A stretch of 64,000 nt of DNA, taken from the NCBI RefSeq assembly GCF_009914755.1, contig NC_060945.1; one strand, written 5' to 3'. Source of the stretch: the human T2T-CHM13v2.0 reference genome, Homo sapiens. This document shows, in pieces, positions 24,740-38,625 of this stretch (position 1 is its first letter; every line of letters starts with the position of its first letter). Position numbers and translations under genes: made by a program. The notes under the pieces were generated by a model, which saw nothing but the letters and a program-made list of their open reading frames with translations, was not told the origin of the DNA and searched no databases.

Positions 24740-25080
24740 CAGGGCTCAACAGAAACCTGTCCTGGGCGTGCACCCGAATGAACCGAAAACCTGTATTCAC
24801 ACAAAACCCGGGAGTGAATGTGGAGAGATGCTGGTGTGTAACCCCCTACGCGCTGGAGAGAACTCAGGTGCCCATCACCGGCGAGGGGATAAAACAGCTG
24901 CGGACCCCCCATACCGCAGAATCTTGGGGGCAAAAGGCACGCGCTGGCACTTCACAGCACAGGCGAGTCCTAAACGCGCTTTTCTAAGTGAAGGAAGCCA
25001 GACAGGCCGCATCCTGTGAGACCTCATTTCTGTAACATTCCGGAAAAGGCAAAACTTTGGCGACAGAGCAGAGACGTAAA
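24740..25080 (+). mobile_element. Old L1 (L1MB/MC-like) 3' fragment, GC-shifted
   Basis: AAAACCTGTATTCACACAAAACC, CTAAGTGAAGGAAGCCAGACA and ACATTCCGGAAAAGGCAAAACT are hallmarks of L1M 3' ends. Confidence 0.72.
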
Positions 25081-26239
25081 TCGGATCCAAAACCAGACCC
25101 TGCAGATTTCCGCACCGCCTCAGCCTAAGCTGCGCGAGCCGAAGCCTGGACCCCGCAAGTACTCATGGCTCTTCTGCCCCGGGGTGTCTGTGACTCCAAG
25201 TGCACCCTGAGAAGAAGCCCCCCGTCACTCGTCCTGGGGGCACAGCAGTAGGTGGCCAGGCCAGTGCCCCTGACCACACACACTGAGGACGCTTTCCACC
25301 CTATCGGCTTCCTTTCTTGGCGTGGTGGCTCCTGCCCAGTGACTCACGCACAGAGAGTGGCAGGAAGCCAGGGAGGACGGGCTGGCAGAGCTCTGAGCGA
25401 GGAGCATGGACACCAGCTTGGGCCAGGGCCTGTGGGGCAGGAGAGGCCGAGAGGCAGCGTGGGCTCTGAGGCTGGGCCTTGGTCGCGCTCGCTCAGCCCG
25501 GGGCCTGGTAGCAGCAGGGACGTACACAGACGTGGAGGGGCATCCGGGCAGGAGCCGTGGACATGGGAGCCCCACACGCCTGAGAGCATGGCACGCACCC
25601 ACGTGGCCACGAGGGGCCAGGACGCAGCCGGTTTGCGGCTGAACCAGAACTGCAGTCGGGGTGTCCTGCATTCCCTAGGCTCGTGCTCCCACCCCCTGCC
25701 CACGAGTGTCTGCAGAGGAAGGCGGCCCTGGATCCAGCCGTGGCAGCAGGGGGTGGGTCCGGCAGCCCATGTCCCCGCGTGGAGGTCCCGGGAGGTCCGG
25801 CCCCCTGCAGGGCACCCATGCTGGGGCAGTGGATCCCGAGATGCTGAGCTGGGGCAACAGGCCTGGAGGCGCGGCTCTGCACCCCCAGAACTTGGTCTCA
25901 GCCCTGAGCTTGCCAGGATGGCCAGGTGTGAATGCGGCCAGGCTGGAGGCCCAACGTCCCGTGCAGCTACTGAGTCAGCCCTGCTCACCTGGAGGCTGCT
26001 GCCCCTCGAGGTACTGTTGTCCCGAGCCCATAGTCAGTCCCCGCCTGGGGTCTGGCGTCTGCCCTGCTAACTCTCCTGTGAGTGGGCTGGGCACGGAGGC
26101 TGAACGACTGTGTCTGCCCCTGCCCCTGCCCCCTTAGGCCTCCAGGGAGCTGCTCCAGAAAGTCCAAGAGCCAGCACCGCGGCCAGCTGGTCTGTCCTTG
26201 CAAGAGGCCGCGATACAGCCTTGACACCCAGGGGCTGAG

Positions 26240-26562
26240 AAGGGAGCTGGGGAGGGGCTGGAGAGGGGCTTGGGGAAGACCTGGGGAGGGTCTGGGGAGA
26301 GTGCTGGGGAGGGGTCAGGGAGGGGGGCTGGGGAGGGGGTTGGGGAAGGGTGGGGCAAGGATCTGGGGAAGTGTTGCGGAGGGGTGGGGGAGGGGTTAGG
26401 GAGGGGGCTGGGGAGGGGTTGGGGATGGAGCTAGGGAGGGGCTGTGGAGGGAGCTGGGGTGGGAGCTGTGGGGGGAGCTGGGGATGGGCTGGGGAGGGAT
26501 CTGGGGAGGGGTTAGGGAGGGAGCTGGGGAGGGAGTTGGGTGAGGGGCTTGGGAGGGGGCTG
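26240..26562 (+). repeat. G-rich low-complexity tract (GGGGAGGGGCT-like)
   Basis: More than 25 G3-G6 runs; G4-capable. Confidence 0.9.
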
Positions 26563-28579
26563 GAGGCCACTCAAGTCAGGACGAAGAAGATGCCGGTTTG
26601 TGCGGCGGTGCAGGGAGTGCCCTGCCTGCTGGCGTGCCCTTGACACGCAGACAGGGAGAGGCTGAGTGGACTTGATCAGAACAGCCCCTGCGGGCATTCA
26701 CACCACCTCCTGTGGTCACCCCTAGTGGAAGGAAGGCCCAGCAAGGAGACCTTGACCTCGCTGGCCCTGGGGCTGGGACCGGCGCCCTGGACAGTGTCCA
26801 CTCTCCCATTTCCATGGAACCACCATCCTCTCGGGCCTCCCCAGCCGCCAGCACACGTCCTGGAGTAGAGCCCTGTGAGGGGCCTGCCGCGTGCAGGGGG
26901 AGGGGTGTATCACGTGGGGTGGGACGAGGCTCATCTCTGGGCCTGGGGCCCCAGTACCGTCCTCTTAGGGCAGCGAGCTGCCTCCCAGTCCCCACGACCT
27001 CTGCTTGGGATGTGGGGCCTGACCCGTTCCTGCTACCAAAACCCAACTCAAGAGTTTTCCCAGATGCCCCCGGGACCCATAAAGCCTCGAAGGAAGCCAG
27101 GTTGGTGCCAGGCCCAGCTCTGTCTCCCACCTGCTAGGTGCCTGCTTGGGCTGCCCCCTCATCTGGAAGGGGTGCTAAGTGCCAGGACAGCGCCCCAGGT
27201 CCGGGGCACTCATGAGTGACAGCATCCTCCAGGTGTGGACTACAGGGTAGTCGGGCAACTGGGATCCTGCTCCTGGCCCAGCGCAGCGGAAAGGACAGAG
27301 CCAGACCCTCCAGCCACCCCTTCCAGGCTGTCTCCTTGTCCTCAGAGTGGGCAGAAGATCCCTGCCCTCCCCACCTGCCTGCTGTGGGGTCAGCTAAGAC
27401 AATGGGTGTGGGACCCTCCACAAGAACAGCCCCCTGTTAACAAAATGAGACTTGAAGGAGTGAGAGCACTTCGGGGGGCCGGGTTTGTCAGGCAGAGATT
27501 GCACCAGGCAGGGGGCCGAGACTTTGGAGAGGACCTGGCTGGAGCACTCGTCTGCACACAAGGAAAACAAAGGCTCAAAGACAGGGCAGAGTTCAGACCC
27601 TCCGTTCCCAAAGTGGTGCCCCCCACCCCTCCCAGGACTGTGTCCACACAGTGGTGCCCGCCAGGGTGGGCAGGAGGTGTCCATGGACATGACTACAGCA
27701 AGGCCAGGGGCCGAGAGGGAAGGGTCAGGGAAGACTGGCCAGCTCGAGGGGATCACAGAGGCTGCCCTGGCCTTGTTCCTAGCGGACAAAATAGGACTGA
27801 CAGCTACAGACAAAGCCAGGCACAGCCCAGCACAAAGACAGACAGCCGAGGAACTGTGGTGCCCCAGTAGTTAAGGGCCAGAAAGAACATTTTTAAAGAT
27901 GTCAGGGTTGGCTGCCAGAATCCTCTTGTACAACATTCCATGACTGGGAGTTGTTGGGGACTTGAGTTCCAGGCTGGCTCTGCCCAGCCTTGAAAGCCTG
28001 GCTGGGCCTCGGTTGCCTCCTTGGAAAATGAGGGGCTAGACTGAGGCCCTGGGGGTCCTGGCTGTGCCCAGAGCCTGCCGTGCCAGGCCCACGAGGAGAG
28101 GTCAGGGCTGGGGGTGCCGAGCCAGCTTCCCCAGGCTCCGGGTCAGGTTATCCAGGTGGGAGGGAGGCCTAGCACCTCCCCCACTCCGAGGTCTGGCTTC
28201 TAGAATCTCCTGCAGAAACACAAACCCATCTCACTACACTGTAAACACAACATCCTTGGAATTGGAAATCAATGGCAGATGCAGGCAGATTCAGCCTCCA
28301 AAGCCACAGAAGGGCTGGGAGCGGACCGGAGCCAGGAGTTGCCACGGGAGGTGGGTGCCTGGGAGCCCCAGCACAGAGGTGGCCCCTCTCAGGCCAGGCT
28401 GGGCCGCAGCATCTGTGGGCCCCTCCACGCCCCCTCCCATCCGTGCTGGCCCCATTGGCCTGGGCTCGCAGCTGGACTGCTTCCTGGGTGGAGGCACCAG
28501 GGCCCACAGTGGTACGGCCTGGCATTGGTGCAGGCTTTTAAGCATAGATGGCATCTTTAACAAAAATGGGCTCTCACAG

Positions 28580-29520
28580 AATGTTTTTAAATTAAAATGT
28601 AATTCACATACCTCGGAATTTACCTCTTGAAAGTCCAGGCAGTTCAGCGGCATCCGGTCCACCCCCACTGCGGTGCAGTGCCAGGGTGAGCCAGCCACCC
28701 CCGGCGGGAGAAACACCATCCCCACAGCCGGCGCTCCTGTGCCCCCTCCTCCCAGCCCCTGGCAGGCCTCGCCTCTGTGCGTTTCCCATGGATGAGGTCA
28801 TAGAGCGCGTGGCCTTCCGTGTCTGCCTCTTCCGGGCAGCAGCATGGTGGGTGTTTCTGAGGCTCCTCCGTGTCGCTCCACCCGTCAGCACTTCATGCCT
28901 CTCGGGGCTGGGCCACATTTCGTTGCAGGGATGGGCCACGTTTTTAACCTGTCCATCAGCGGACGGACGTTTGGGCTGATTTTATCTTTTGGCTATGATG
29001 AATAACGCGGTGATCAACATTGATTCACAAGTTTTGTGCGGACCCGTTTTCAGTTGTCCTGAGTATCAGCCCGGGCCTAGACTTCCCGGGTTATATGGTG
29101 ATACAGTTTAAACGCATGTCCTTGCCAAGCCTCGTGTTGAACTGTCATCCCCCGTGTTGGAGGTGGGGCCTGGGGGCAGGTGTTTAGGTCACGGGCGTGA
29201 CTCCCTCAGGAATGGCTTGAGCCATCCCCGTGGTGAAGAGTGAGCTCTCACTCTGGGTTCCTGTGAGATCTGGTGTTTAAACGTGTGTGGCACCTCCCCG
29301 ACCCCGCTGCTCCCGCTTTCACCACGTGACTCGCCTGCTCCCCCTTCACCTTCCACCATGAGTAAGAGTTTCCTGAGGCCTCCCCAGAGGAAGAAGCCCT
29401 TATGCTCCTGTACAGCCTGCAGAACTGTGAGCCACTTAATCCTCTTCTCTTATAAATGACCTGGTCTCAGGTATTTATAGCTCCATAAAAACAGCTTAAC
29501 ACGTATGGTAACTCTGTGTC
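28580..29520 (-). mobile_element. L1MB-like 3' end, GC-shifted, interrupted by an MST LTR
   Basis: TAATTCACATACC, CCCAGCCCCTGGCA, TTTTGGCTATGATGAATAACGC..AACATT..CAAGTTTTGTG, TATGGTAACTCT. Confidence 0.8.
29099..29503 (+). mobile_element. MaLR solo LTR, MSTA/MSTB-like, full length
   Basis: TG start, GTTGGAGGTGGGGCCTG, CAGCCTGCAGAACTGTGAGCCA, TCTCAGGTATTT; 5-bp TSD TATGG at 29094-29098 and 29504-29508. Confidence 0.92.
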
Positions 29521-29524
29521 TAAG

Positions 29525-31608
29525 CATACAAGATTAAAAAAATACATTCACACCGTCTTCTGTATTGACTTCCATGGTTACCTTTACTAATGTTTTTATT
29601 TCTTCAAGTTGGTGTGAGTGGCTGTCTAGTGTCCTTACATTTCAGCCTGTAGACCTCCTTGTAGTTATCTGGTCTGCTAGTGATGAATTATCTCAGATTT
29701 TGTTTAAAAACTGTTAAAAATATTGATATATAGTATGTATACACACACACATATATAATTGTATTTATATTTAGAATTTTTAATATATATAGTTTTATAT
29801 ATAATACATGGTATTTATATAATTTTATTTATATTTTATCATTTTATTTTGTTTATTTATTTGTATTAATTTCTCCTTCACTCCTGAAGGATAGCTATAC
29901 TATTATACAATTCTCGGTTGGCAGTCTTTTTCTTTCAGCACTTTGAATATGTCATCCTACTGCTTTCTGGCCTCATGACTTCTAATAAGTCATCTGTTAA
30001 TCTTATTTAGGATTCCTTGTATGAGATGAGTCCCTTCTCTCTTGCTATTTTTAGAATTCTCTCCGCTTTTCACGTTTCACAGCTTGATTATGATGTGTCT
30101 GGGTGTGGGTCTCTCTGAGTTTATTCTACTTGGAGTTTGTTGAGCGTCTAGGATGTGTAGATTAATGTTTTCATCAAAGTTGAGTTGGCTGTTATTTTTT
30201 CAAATATTCTTTCTTCCCTTGCCTCTGTCTCCTCTCCTTGTGGGACTTCATGATGTGTGTGTTTGTGTGGTTGATGGTGTCCCGGAGGTCTCTGAAGGTC
30301 TCTGTTCATTTTTCATCATTCATGTTGTTTTCGCTGCTGTTCTGTTTCTCAAGCTGGACAGGCTGACCTGTCTTCTAGTTTGTCCATTCTTCTGCCTGCT
30401 CAAATTTCTGGTGAGCCCCTACAATGAAAGCTTCATTTGAGTTATTGTACTTTTCACCTCCAGAATTTTTTTAAAGAAATAATTTACATCTCTTTGTTGT
30501 ATTTTCTACTTGGTGATACACTGTTCTCATACTTTCTTTTAGCTCTTTATACATAGTTTCCTTTAGTTCTTTGGACCTATTTAAAGCAACTGATTTAAAG
30601 TCTTTGTCCGTAACTCTAATCTCTGGGCTTTCTCAGGGACAGATTCTATTGTTTGCTTTTTTCCCCATGTTTGAGACTTCTTAAAATTTCTTTGTATATC
30701 TCTAAAACTCTTTTTTGAAAACTGGACATTTAATATAATAGAATGTTGTAATTCTAGAAATCAAATTCTCTTCCCTTCCCCGAGTTTGTTGTTTCTACTT
30801 GTTATTGTTGTTATTTGTTTAGTGATTTCTGGACAAATTCTGTCGAATCTATATTCTTTATCATGTGTGCCCACTGAAGTCTCTGCTCGCTTAGCTTAGT
30901 GGCCATCGAATAATTGGGCAGAGATTTCCTTAAGCATCTGGAACTGAAGAGTCTCCGTCTATGCTGAGGAGCTCCGTACAGTGATGGGGCATGCCGTCAA
31001 CACTCAGCCAGGCAGCTGTCAACTCTGCCTCAGCCTTCACTGCCTGCCTAACGATTAGTGGGAGATGAGCACGTGTACAGCCCTGGGCATGAGCATGGCC
31101 TTTGAGGTTCCCAGGAGTATGCAGGAGCTTTTCAGATCTCCCTATGGATGTCTCATTCCCCCAGATTTTCCTGTTAAACATTTTTGTTAGCCTATTTCCC
31201 CCCCCAACCTGTTATCCACTGCCTCAGGCACCTGCAATGTTAAATAATTGCCTGGTTTTTTTTTTCTTCTTCTTTTTAACAAATGCCCCTGGGCTGTTCC
31301 TACGGGTTAAGCTCCGAGTCAATCAGGCAAAGATAGTCTTGCAAGTAGAGTCTTCCACGGAACAGAGAGGCAGCTCAGATAATGACAGTTCTCCGGGAAG
31401 AGGCTTTGGGGGAGCTCGGCTTCAGTTCTCCACCCCAGTGGCTGCTAGGATATTGCTTTTCACTGAAATTTCATTCCTCACTGCAAATCTTTGGTTAATT
31501 TCCAGAGGTCTGAAAAAGCCGATTCTGATCATTTTTGCCAGCGTTCTCATTGCTTTCATCAATGAGGCTTTTTGGACGTCCTTATCCTGCCATTTTGCAG
31601 TCGTCATT
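29525..31608 (-). mobile_element. Old L1 (L1M4/L1MC/L1MD-type) 5' region and ORF1 remnant
   Basis: T-rich; CTTTCAGCACTTTGAATATGTCATCC, GAGTTTATTCTACTTGGAGTTTGTTGAGC; 5'-end motif TTGGTTAATTTCCAGAG..CTGAAAAAG; contains a TA-rich tract at 29720-29870. Confidence 0.78.
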
Positions 31609-31961
31609 ATCTAGAATTTTAAAAACAGAGGTAATACTGACGTGAAATAAACACACTTCTAAAGCATGCAATTTGGCAAGTTTTGACATGTGTACACTTA
31701 TGAAAACATCATCACAATCAAGATAACGAACCTATGCAGCACCCCCAACATTCCCTCTTGTCCCTCTGTGCAACCCCATCCCCCTTCTGCTCTCCGAGTA
31801 ACCCCATCCCCAGGCAACCACTGATCTGTTTCTGTCACTATAGATTAGTTTGCATTTTCTAGAAACTTGTATCAGTGGAATCATCCAGTATGGTTTTTTG
31901 TTGTTGTTGCTGTTGTTGTTGTTTTGGTTTGTTTCTTTTGGTCTGGCTCTTGTCACTCAGC

Positions 31962-32131
31962 ATGATTATTCTGAGATCCGTCTGTGCTGCTGTGTGGATC
32001 AATGTGGCATATTCCTATTAGGATTCCATGGTATGGAGAGACTGCAATGATTATTCTGAGATCAATCTGTGCTGCTGTGTGGATCAATGTGGCATATTCC
32101 TATTAGGATTCCATTGTAAGGAGAGACTGCA
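31962..32131 (+). repeat. 85-bp tandem duplication inside L1
   Basis: ATGATTATTCTGAGATC.. begins at 31962 and 32047; about 4 mismatches. Confidence 0.9.
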
Positions 32132-32321
32132 GTTTGTTTACCGGTTCCCCTGTTGCTGGATATTTGGGCTGTTTCTAGTCCGTGGCCACTGCAAACAAAG
32201 CTGCTGTGAACATTCGTGAATATTTGTAGACAAGTCTTTGTATGGACGTATATGCTTTCATTTCCCTTGACAAAAAACTTAGGGTCAAAGGTCTGGATCC
32301 TGTGGGAGGCATATCATTAAC

Positions 32322-32638
<317 letters not shown>

Positions 32639-32727
32639 TTAATAAACTGTCAAACTGCTATTAAAAGTGGCTGTTCCATTTTCTGCCCCCACCAGCAGTG
32701 TCAGTTTCTCCACATCCTCAGTTATTT

Positions 32728-33129
32728 GATATCTTGGTCTGCTCATGCTGCTCTAGCAAAATACCACAGAAAGGCGGTGGGGGTTAAACCACAAAAGTTA
32801 ATTTTCCCACCGTTCTAGAGGCTGGAAGTCCCTGACCAAAGTGCTGCTAGATTTGATTCCCCGTGAGGGCTCTCTCCTGGCTTGTTGACAGCCACCTCCT
32901 TGCTGTATCCTCACAGGGCCTTCACAAGTGCACACATGCAGAGAAAAAAGAGCAAACTCTCTGGTGTCTCTTCTCATAAGGACACTAATCCTATTGGATC
33001 AGGGCCCCACCTCTAGGACCTCATTTTACCTTAATTGCTTCCTTAGAGGCCCATCTCCAATACAGCCCCACTGGGGGCTAAGGCTTCAGTATACGAATTT
33101 TGGAGGGACACAGACATTCAACCATGACA
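32728..33129 (-). mobile_element. MaLR solo LTR, MLT1A-like
   Basis: AAAATACCACAGA, GAGGCTGGAAGTCC, GTGAGGGCTCTCT, CATAAGGACACTAATCC, GGCCCATCTCCAA, GACACAGACATTCA. Confidence 0.88.
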
Positions 33130-35079
33130 CTCCACATCCTCATCAACACTTGATACTGTCAGTCTTTTTCATTTTAGCCATTTTAATGTGTGGACAGTGG
33201 CATTTTATGGTGGTTTTAATTTCCGTGGTAACTAATGATGTCGATCATCTTTTTTTTGTGTTTTGATCTGAATTTCTATGTCTTCTTTGAGGGATTTTCT
33301 ATTCAAAACTTTTGCCCATTTTTTAATGGTGTTATTAGTTTTCTTATTATTGAATTTTGGGAGTTCTTTAAGGCATGCTGGAGTCTTATCAGATTCATCA
33401 TTTGCAAATATTTTCTCCTGCTTTGTTGCCAATCTCTTCATTCTCTTAAACATGTCTTTTGCAGAGCAGAAGTTTTACATTTTGATGAATTCTAGTTTAT
33501 TCATTTATTTTGGCGTTGAATTTAAGAAATTTCTGCCTAACCTACAAAGATTTTCTCATATGTTTTCTTCTGGAAGTTTTATAGTTTTAGGTTTTACATT
33601 TAGATCTATAATCCATTTTGAGTTCATTTTTTATATGGCCCTGGGGTATAGATCAATGTTCCCTCTTCCATGTGGCTATTCCGTTGTTTTAGCACCGCTT
33701 GTTGAAAAGACCCTCTTTTCTTCACTGAGAGTCTTTTGTCAAAAACCAATTGTCCATGTGTGTATGGCTCTATTTCTGAGCATTTTATAAACACACTGTC
33801 TTGGTTACTACAGCTTTATAAAGTCTAAAAATCAGCTAGTGTAAATCCTCCAACTTTGCTCTTATCTTCCAACGATGTTCTGGTTGTTATAGGGCCTTTG
33901 CCTTTCTATGTGAATTTTAGAATGAGTTTGTCAAATCCTCTTCGAAAAAAAAGCCTTTTGAGACTTCAGTTGGGATTTTGCTGAATGTGCAGATCAATTT
34001 GGGGATAACTTCTGTCTTACGCACATGGAGTCTCAGCCCATGAAGATGGTGTAAGTTTTCATTTCTTATGTCCTCTTTCGTTTACTCAGCAATGTTTTCT
34101 CATTTTATGTGTACAAGACTTTCACACCTTCTATCAGATTTATCCCTAGTTCATAATTTTGATGTTACGACAAGTGTGTTGTTCTTTCCATTTTAATTTC
34201 TGGCTGTCCGTTGCTGGGGTATGGAAATGCAGTGACTCTTGGCATTGATCTTGACCTTGCAACCTTGTGATGCTCACTCTTCAGCTCCAGCAGCTTTTTG
34301 TTTCGTGAATTCCATTAGATTTTTTTGCATAGATGAACTTGTCTTCTGCAAATAAAGACAGTATTATTCTTTTCTTCCCAATAACGATGCCTTTCATTTT
34401 CTTTTTTCCTTCCTAATTGCCCTGACTAGAACCTCCTGTGCAATGCTGAATGGGACCATTGAGAGTGCTGTCCCTGACTTGTTCCTGGCCTCAGGGGAAG
34501 CACTCAGTCTTTCACAAGTAGGTGTGATGTCAGCTGTCGGGTGTTCAGAGATGCCTTTTATCAGGTTGAAGAAGTTGCTTCTACTCCTGTTTGCCAAGAG
34601 TGTTTTGAGAATGCATGTTGGAATTTGTCAAATGCTTTTTCTGTGTCTATTGAGACAATCACATTGTTCTTCTTTCAGTTTGTTAATATGGTGACTTAAA
34701 TTGATTTTTACGTGTTCAATCCTTAAGACAATCCTGATATATTGGGGAAAATTCTCCTTGGTTATGATGTATCATCTTTTTAATATGTTGTTGGGTTCAA
34801 TTTAGTAAGCTTTTGTTTAGGACTTCTAAAGGGGGATGCTTGTTCCTATATTCTTCTCCTGTAATGTCTTTGGTTTTCATATCAAGATCATGCTGGCCTC
34901 CTGGAAGGACTTGAGAAAAATCCCTGCTTTTCAACTTTCTGGAAGAGCTTATGTAGAATTGCTATTAGCTCTTTCTTAAATGTTGGCTGGAGCTCCCCTG
35001 TGAAGCCGTCTAAGCCCGGGGTTATTTTGTATGTGAGAGGGGAAGATTTTTAACTACAGATTCAATTTGCTCATCAGCC

Positions 35080-35455
35080 TTCTGCTGCCTCTCAGGGGCC
35101 CTCTGTGCCTTTCCAGGGTTCTCGCTAGGTGCAGCTCCCCTCTCTCACCCTCTGCCCTGCAAGCTGTGGCTGCCTTGGTCTCCCCGACTCTCAGCGTCCT
35201 CAACTCAGGAGATCCCTGGCTCCACCTGCGTCACCTCCCAGCACTGTGACCTGGAAACTCTCTCCGGGAGGTCGGCCGGGCCCTCAGAGGGCTCATCGCG
35301 TCCGTGTCCCATTTCTCGGGTCACGGCTCCTTTTTGTCTGATGCCCATTGCCTTGAGGACCCTGGTTTCAATAGTCTTGTCTCTTATTTAGTTGTTTTGG
35401 GCAGATAAGTACATTCAGCCCCTGTCACTCCATCTTGTCTAGAAGTGGAAGTCTA
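35080..35455 (-). mobile_element. L1ME-type 5'-end fragment
   Basis: CCTCAACTCAGG, CCTGGAAACTCTCTCC, CTGTCACTCCATCTTG..AGAAGTGGAAGTC. Confidence 0.62.
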
Positions 35456-35459
35456 CTGT

Positions 35460-35600
35460 CTTTTATTTCTTTCACTAGAATAGTAATTTAATACATGTTT
35501 ATTGTAGGAAATCTAGAAATACAAAGATACATGAAGAAAATGGTAGGAATCACTTATAGTCTCACCGACAGCTAACACGTTTAGTGTTCTCAACAGCACA
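35460..35600 (-). mobile_element. L1ME4-like 3' fragment
   Basis: TAATACATGTTTATTGTAGGAAATCTAGAAATACA. Confidence 0.55.
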
Positions 35601-36354
35601 ATATTCTCCATCTCTGCTGAGACCCATCCCAGCAGAGGGGTGCCCGCACGGCGAGGCCGGCACAGGCCCGCGTGGGACCCACTGCCAACGCCGAAGCCAG
35701 GGTGTGACCTCTAGCTGCAGGGCCAAGGCACTGAGGGGCAGCCCCACTCACCCCTCCTTCCAACCTCTCCAGCAACAATCGGTGAGCCCCGACCCTGCCT
35801 GGAACCCTGGGGCCAGGTCGTCTGTCTGGACAGCGGCCTACAGGGAACGCACCAGAAGGTGTGGTGGGGTGGTGCCTCCCACCAAATCCACCAAAATTTG
35901 AGGAGCAGCCGCATCAAGCCCCTTTCATTGCACGTCTGAATCCCCACGCGTGGCGTTTCCTTAGAGGCAATTTCTGAAAAAGGGATTTCTGCTCAAAGTG
36001 TGTGAGCCTGTCAGGCTCTGCCCAGTATGCCAAGTCTGCAGGACCGCGTCACATTTGACCAGATAATTATTTGGGAACAGCACCCGCATGGAGCAGCCCC
36101 ACAGAAGCTTCGAGCCCACACCTGGGTTCTGGCCCATTGTGTTCACGCCCCCCACACCCCGCCCGACCCCAGCTGCCGCAGGAGGGCCGGCTGATAGAGG
36201 TGGTGCAGACATTGGTCCTCACAGCCGGGCAGCCTTGAGGGGACCACACACCGCCCCGCCCAGGGCCTCCAGCACCTCGGCTCACTGCCCCGGTTCCAGC
36301 AGGAATGGGGGCCACACAACCCGAGAAACACAGACCACGCCACTGCCGAGCTGC

Positions 36355-36757
36355 ACGAGCTTCAGCTGCAACAAATCGCCACAGAGCAGGCAGCTGCAAC
36401 ATCAGAAATGGACGTTCTCACAGCTCCAGGTCCAAAGTGGTTTCACTGGGCACAATAAAGGTGTAAGGTGTCTGCAGGACTCCTCGAGGCTCCTGCCGCC
36501 TCAGCCCCCGCGCTGCCCCCTTGGCCTCCCTCTCGTGGCCAGCAGAGCAGCACAGCGCTGGTGACACGTGGTCTGGTGGGGCAGACCTCCCCTGCTAAGA
36601 ACACCAGAGGCGCCTCAGTCCCACCCGGATGATCCGAGATAATCCCCCGTCTCAGGGCCTCTCACTGAGTCCCCCCTGCAAACATTCCTGCCAGGTGAGG
36701 TCACTTTCCAGGGATTGGGGCCCGGACATTCCAGGGCCATCACTCAGCCCACCACAC
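36355..36757 (-). mobile_element. MaLR solo LTR, MLT1D-like
   Basis: CAACAAATCGCCACA, TTCTCACAGCTCC, CCCACCCGGATGATCCGAGATAATCCCC, CCAGGGATTGGG..GGCCATCACTCAGCCCACCACA. Confidence 0.75.
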
Positions 36758-37766
36758 AGTGAAAGCACAGGATGCAGTGTCACAATCAGACCAAAGAACT
36801 GTTCCTTAGCTCCTCTTAGGGGCAGAATAGAGAGCACAGGGCTGAGGAGTGGCCCCCTCATGGTCCCCCTATCTCACCTGCCTCAGGTCACCTCCAGACC
36901 CTTTAACACCCAATGGTGACATTTCAGAGGCAAGGAACAGATGGACAGAAATCAGGGATTTGTGCCTGCAGGGAGTGGTGGGCGGGGTTCAGGGCTGAGC
37001 GAAGGAAGCTCCGGCAGACAGGTCCTGGCAGGAGGCTGCAGAGAGGAGGCGGCACCTGAGCCCGAAGGGAGCAGCTGGGGAAGAGGTGTCTGGATGGGAC
37101 ATGCCTGCCACTGACCCAAGTCTGTTCCTGTGGGTTACCCATTTCCCACGTAGACTTCTTAAGGATGGCAGCCTGGGCAATGCCCTTGTCTCTGTCCCCA
37201 ACGCACACCTGGAACTGAGGGGGGAACGCATCTGTAGTGAAAGGAAGAGAAAGAGTAAAGCTGCAGCAACTCTTGGAGGGCTGAACCTGGGAGCCCAGGG
37301 AGGTGAAAGCAGATGGAGGCCCCAGTCCTGGGGAGGTGAAGGCAGGGGCAGAGGGGCCTTGATGGTGGTGGGGCGTGGTGGGGGCGTTGCAGAAACAGCA
37401 GCCAGGCTGGTGACTCTGGGGACTCCCCCTGCAGGGAGAGGGAGGCCCCGGCTAAAGGCCAAGGCTGCCCCGCACCCAGCGAGCTGTGCAAACAGCCAGC
37501 AGAAGGCCCACCGGCCCTCTGGGGACAGAGCTGAACTCACCCTGGGCTCTGCAGTACCACCAGGGGCAGCCTGCTGCTACAGGGCGGGCTCACACCTGGG
37601 GGAGCTGTGGGCAAGCAGGCCCTACCTTGGGGGCTGGCACTGCTGTGGGTCCCCTGGCTTTCACAGACCGACCACTCATGCCACCGGCACCAAGCGGACC
37701 TGGGACCTGCACGCCCTCGGCTCATCTGAGGGTGATACTGATGGGCTGTGCAAGGTCCCCAGACGC

Positions 37767-38625
<859 letters not shown>

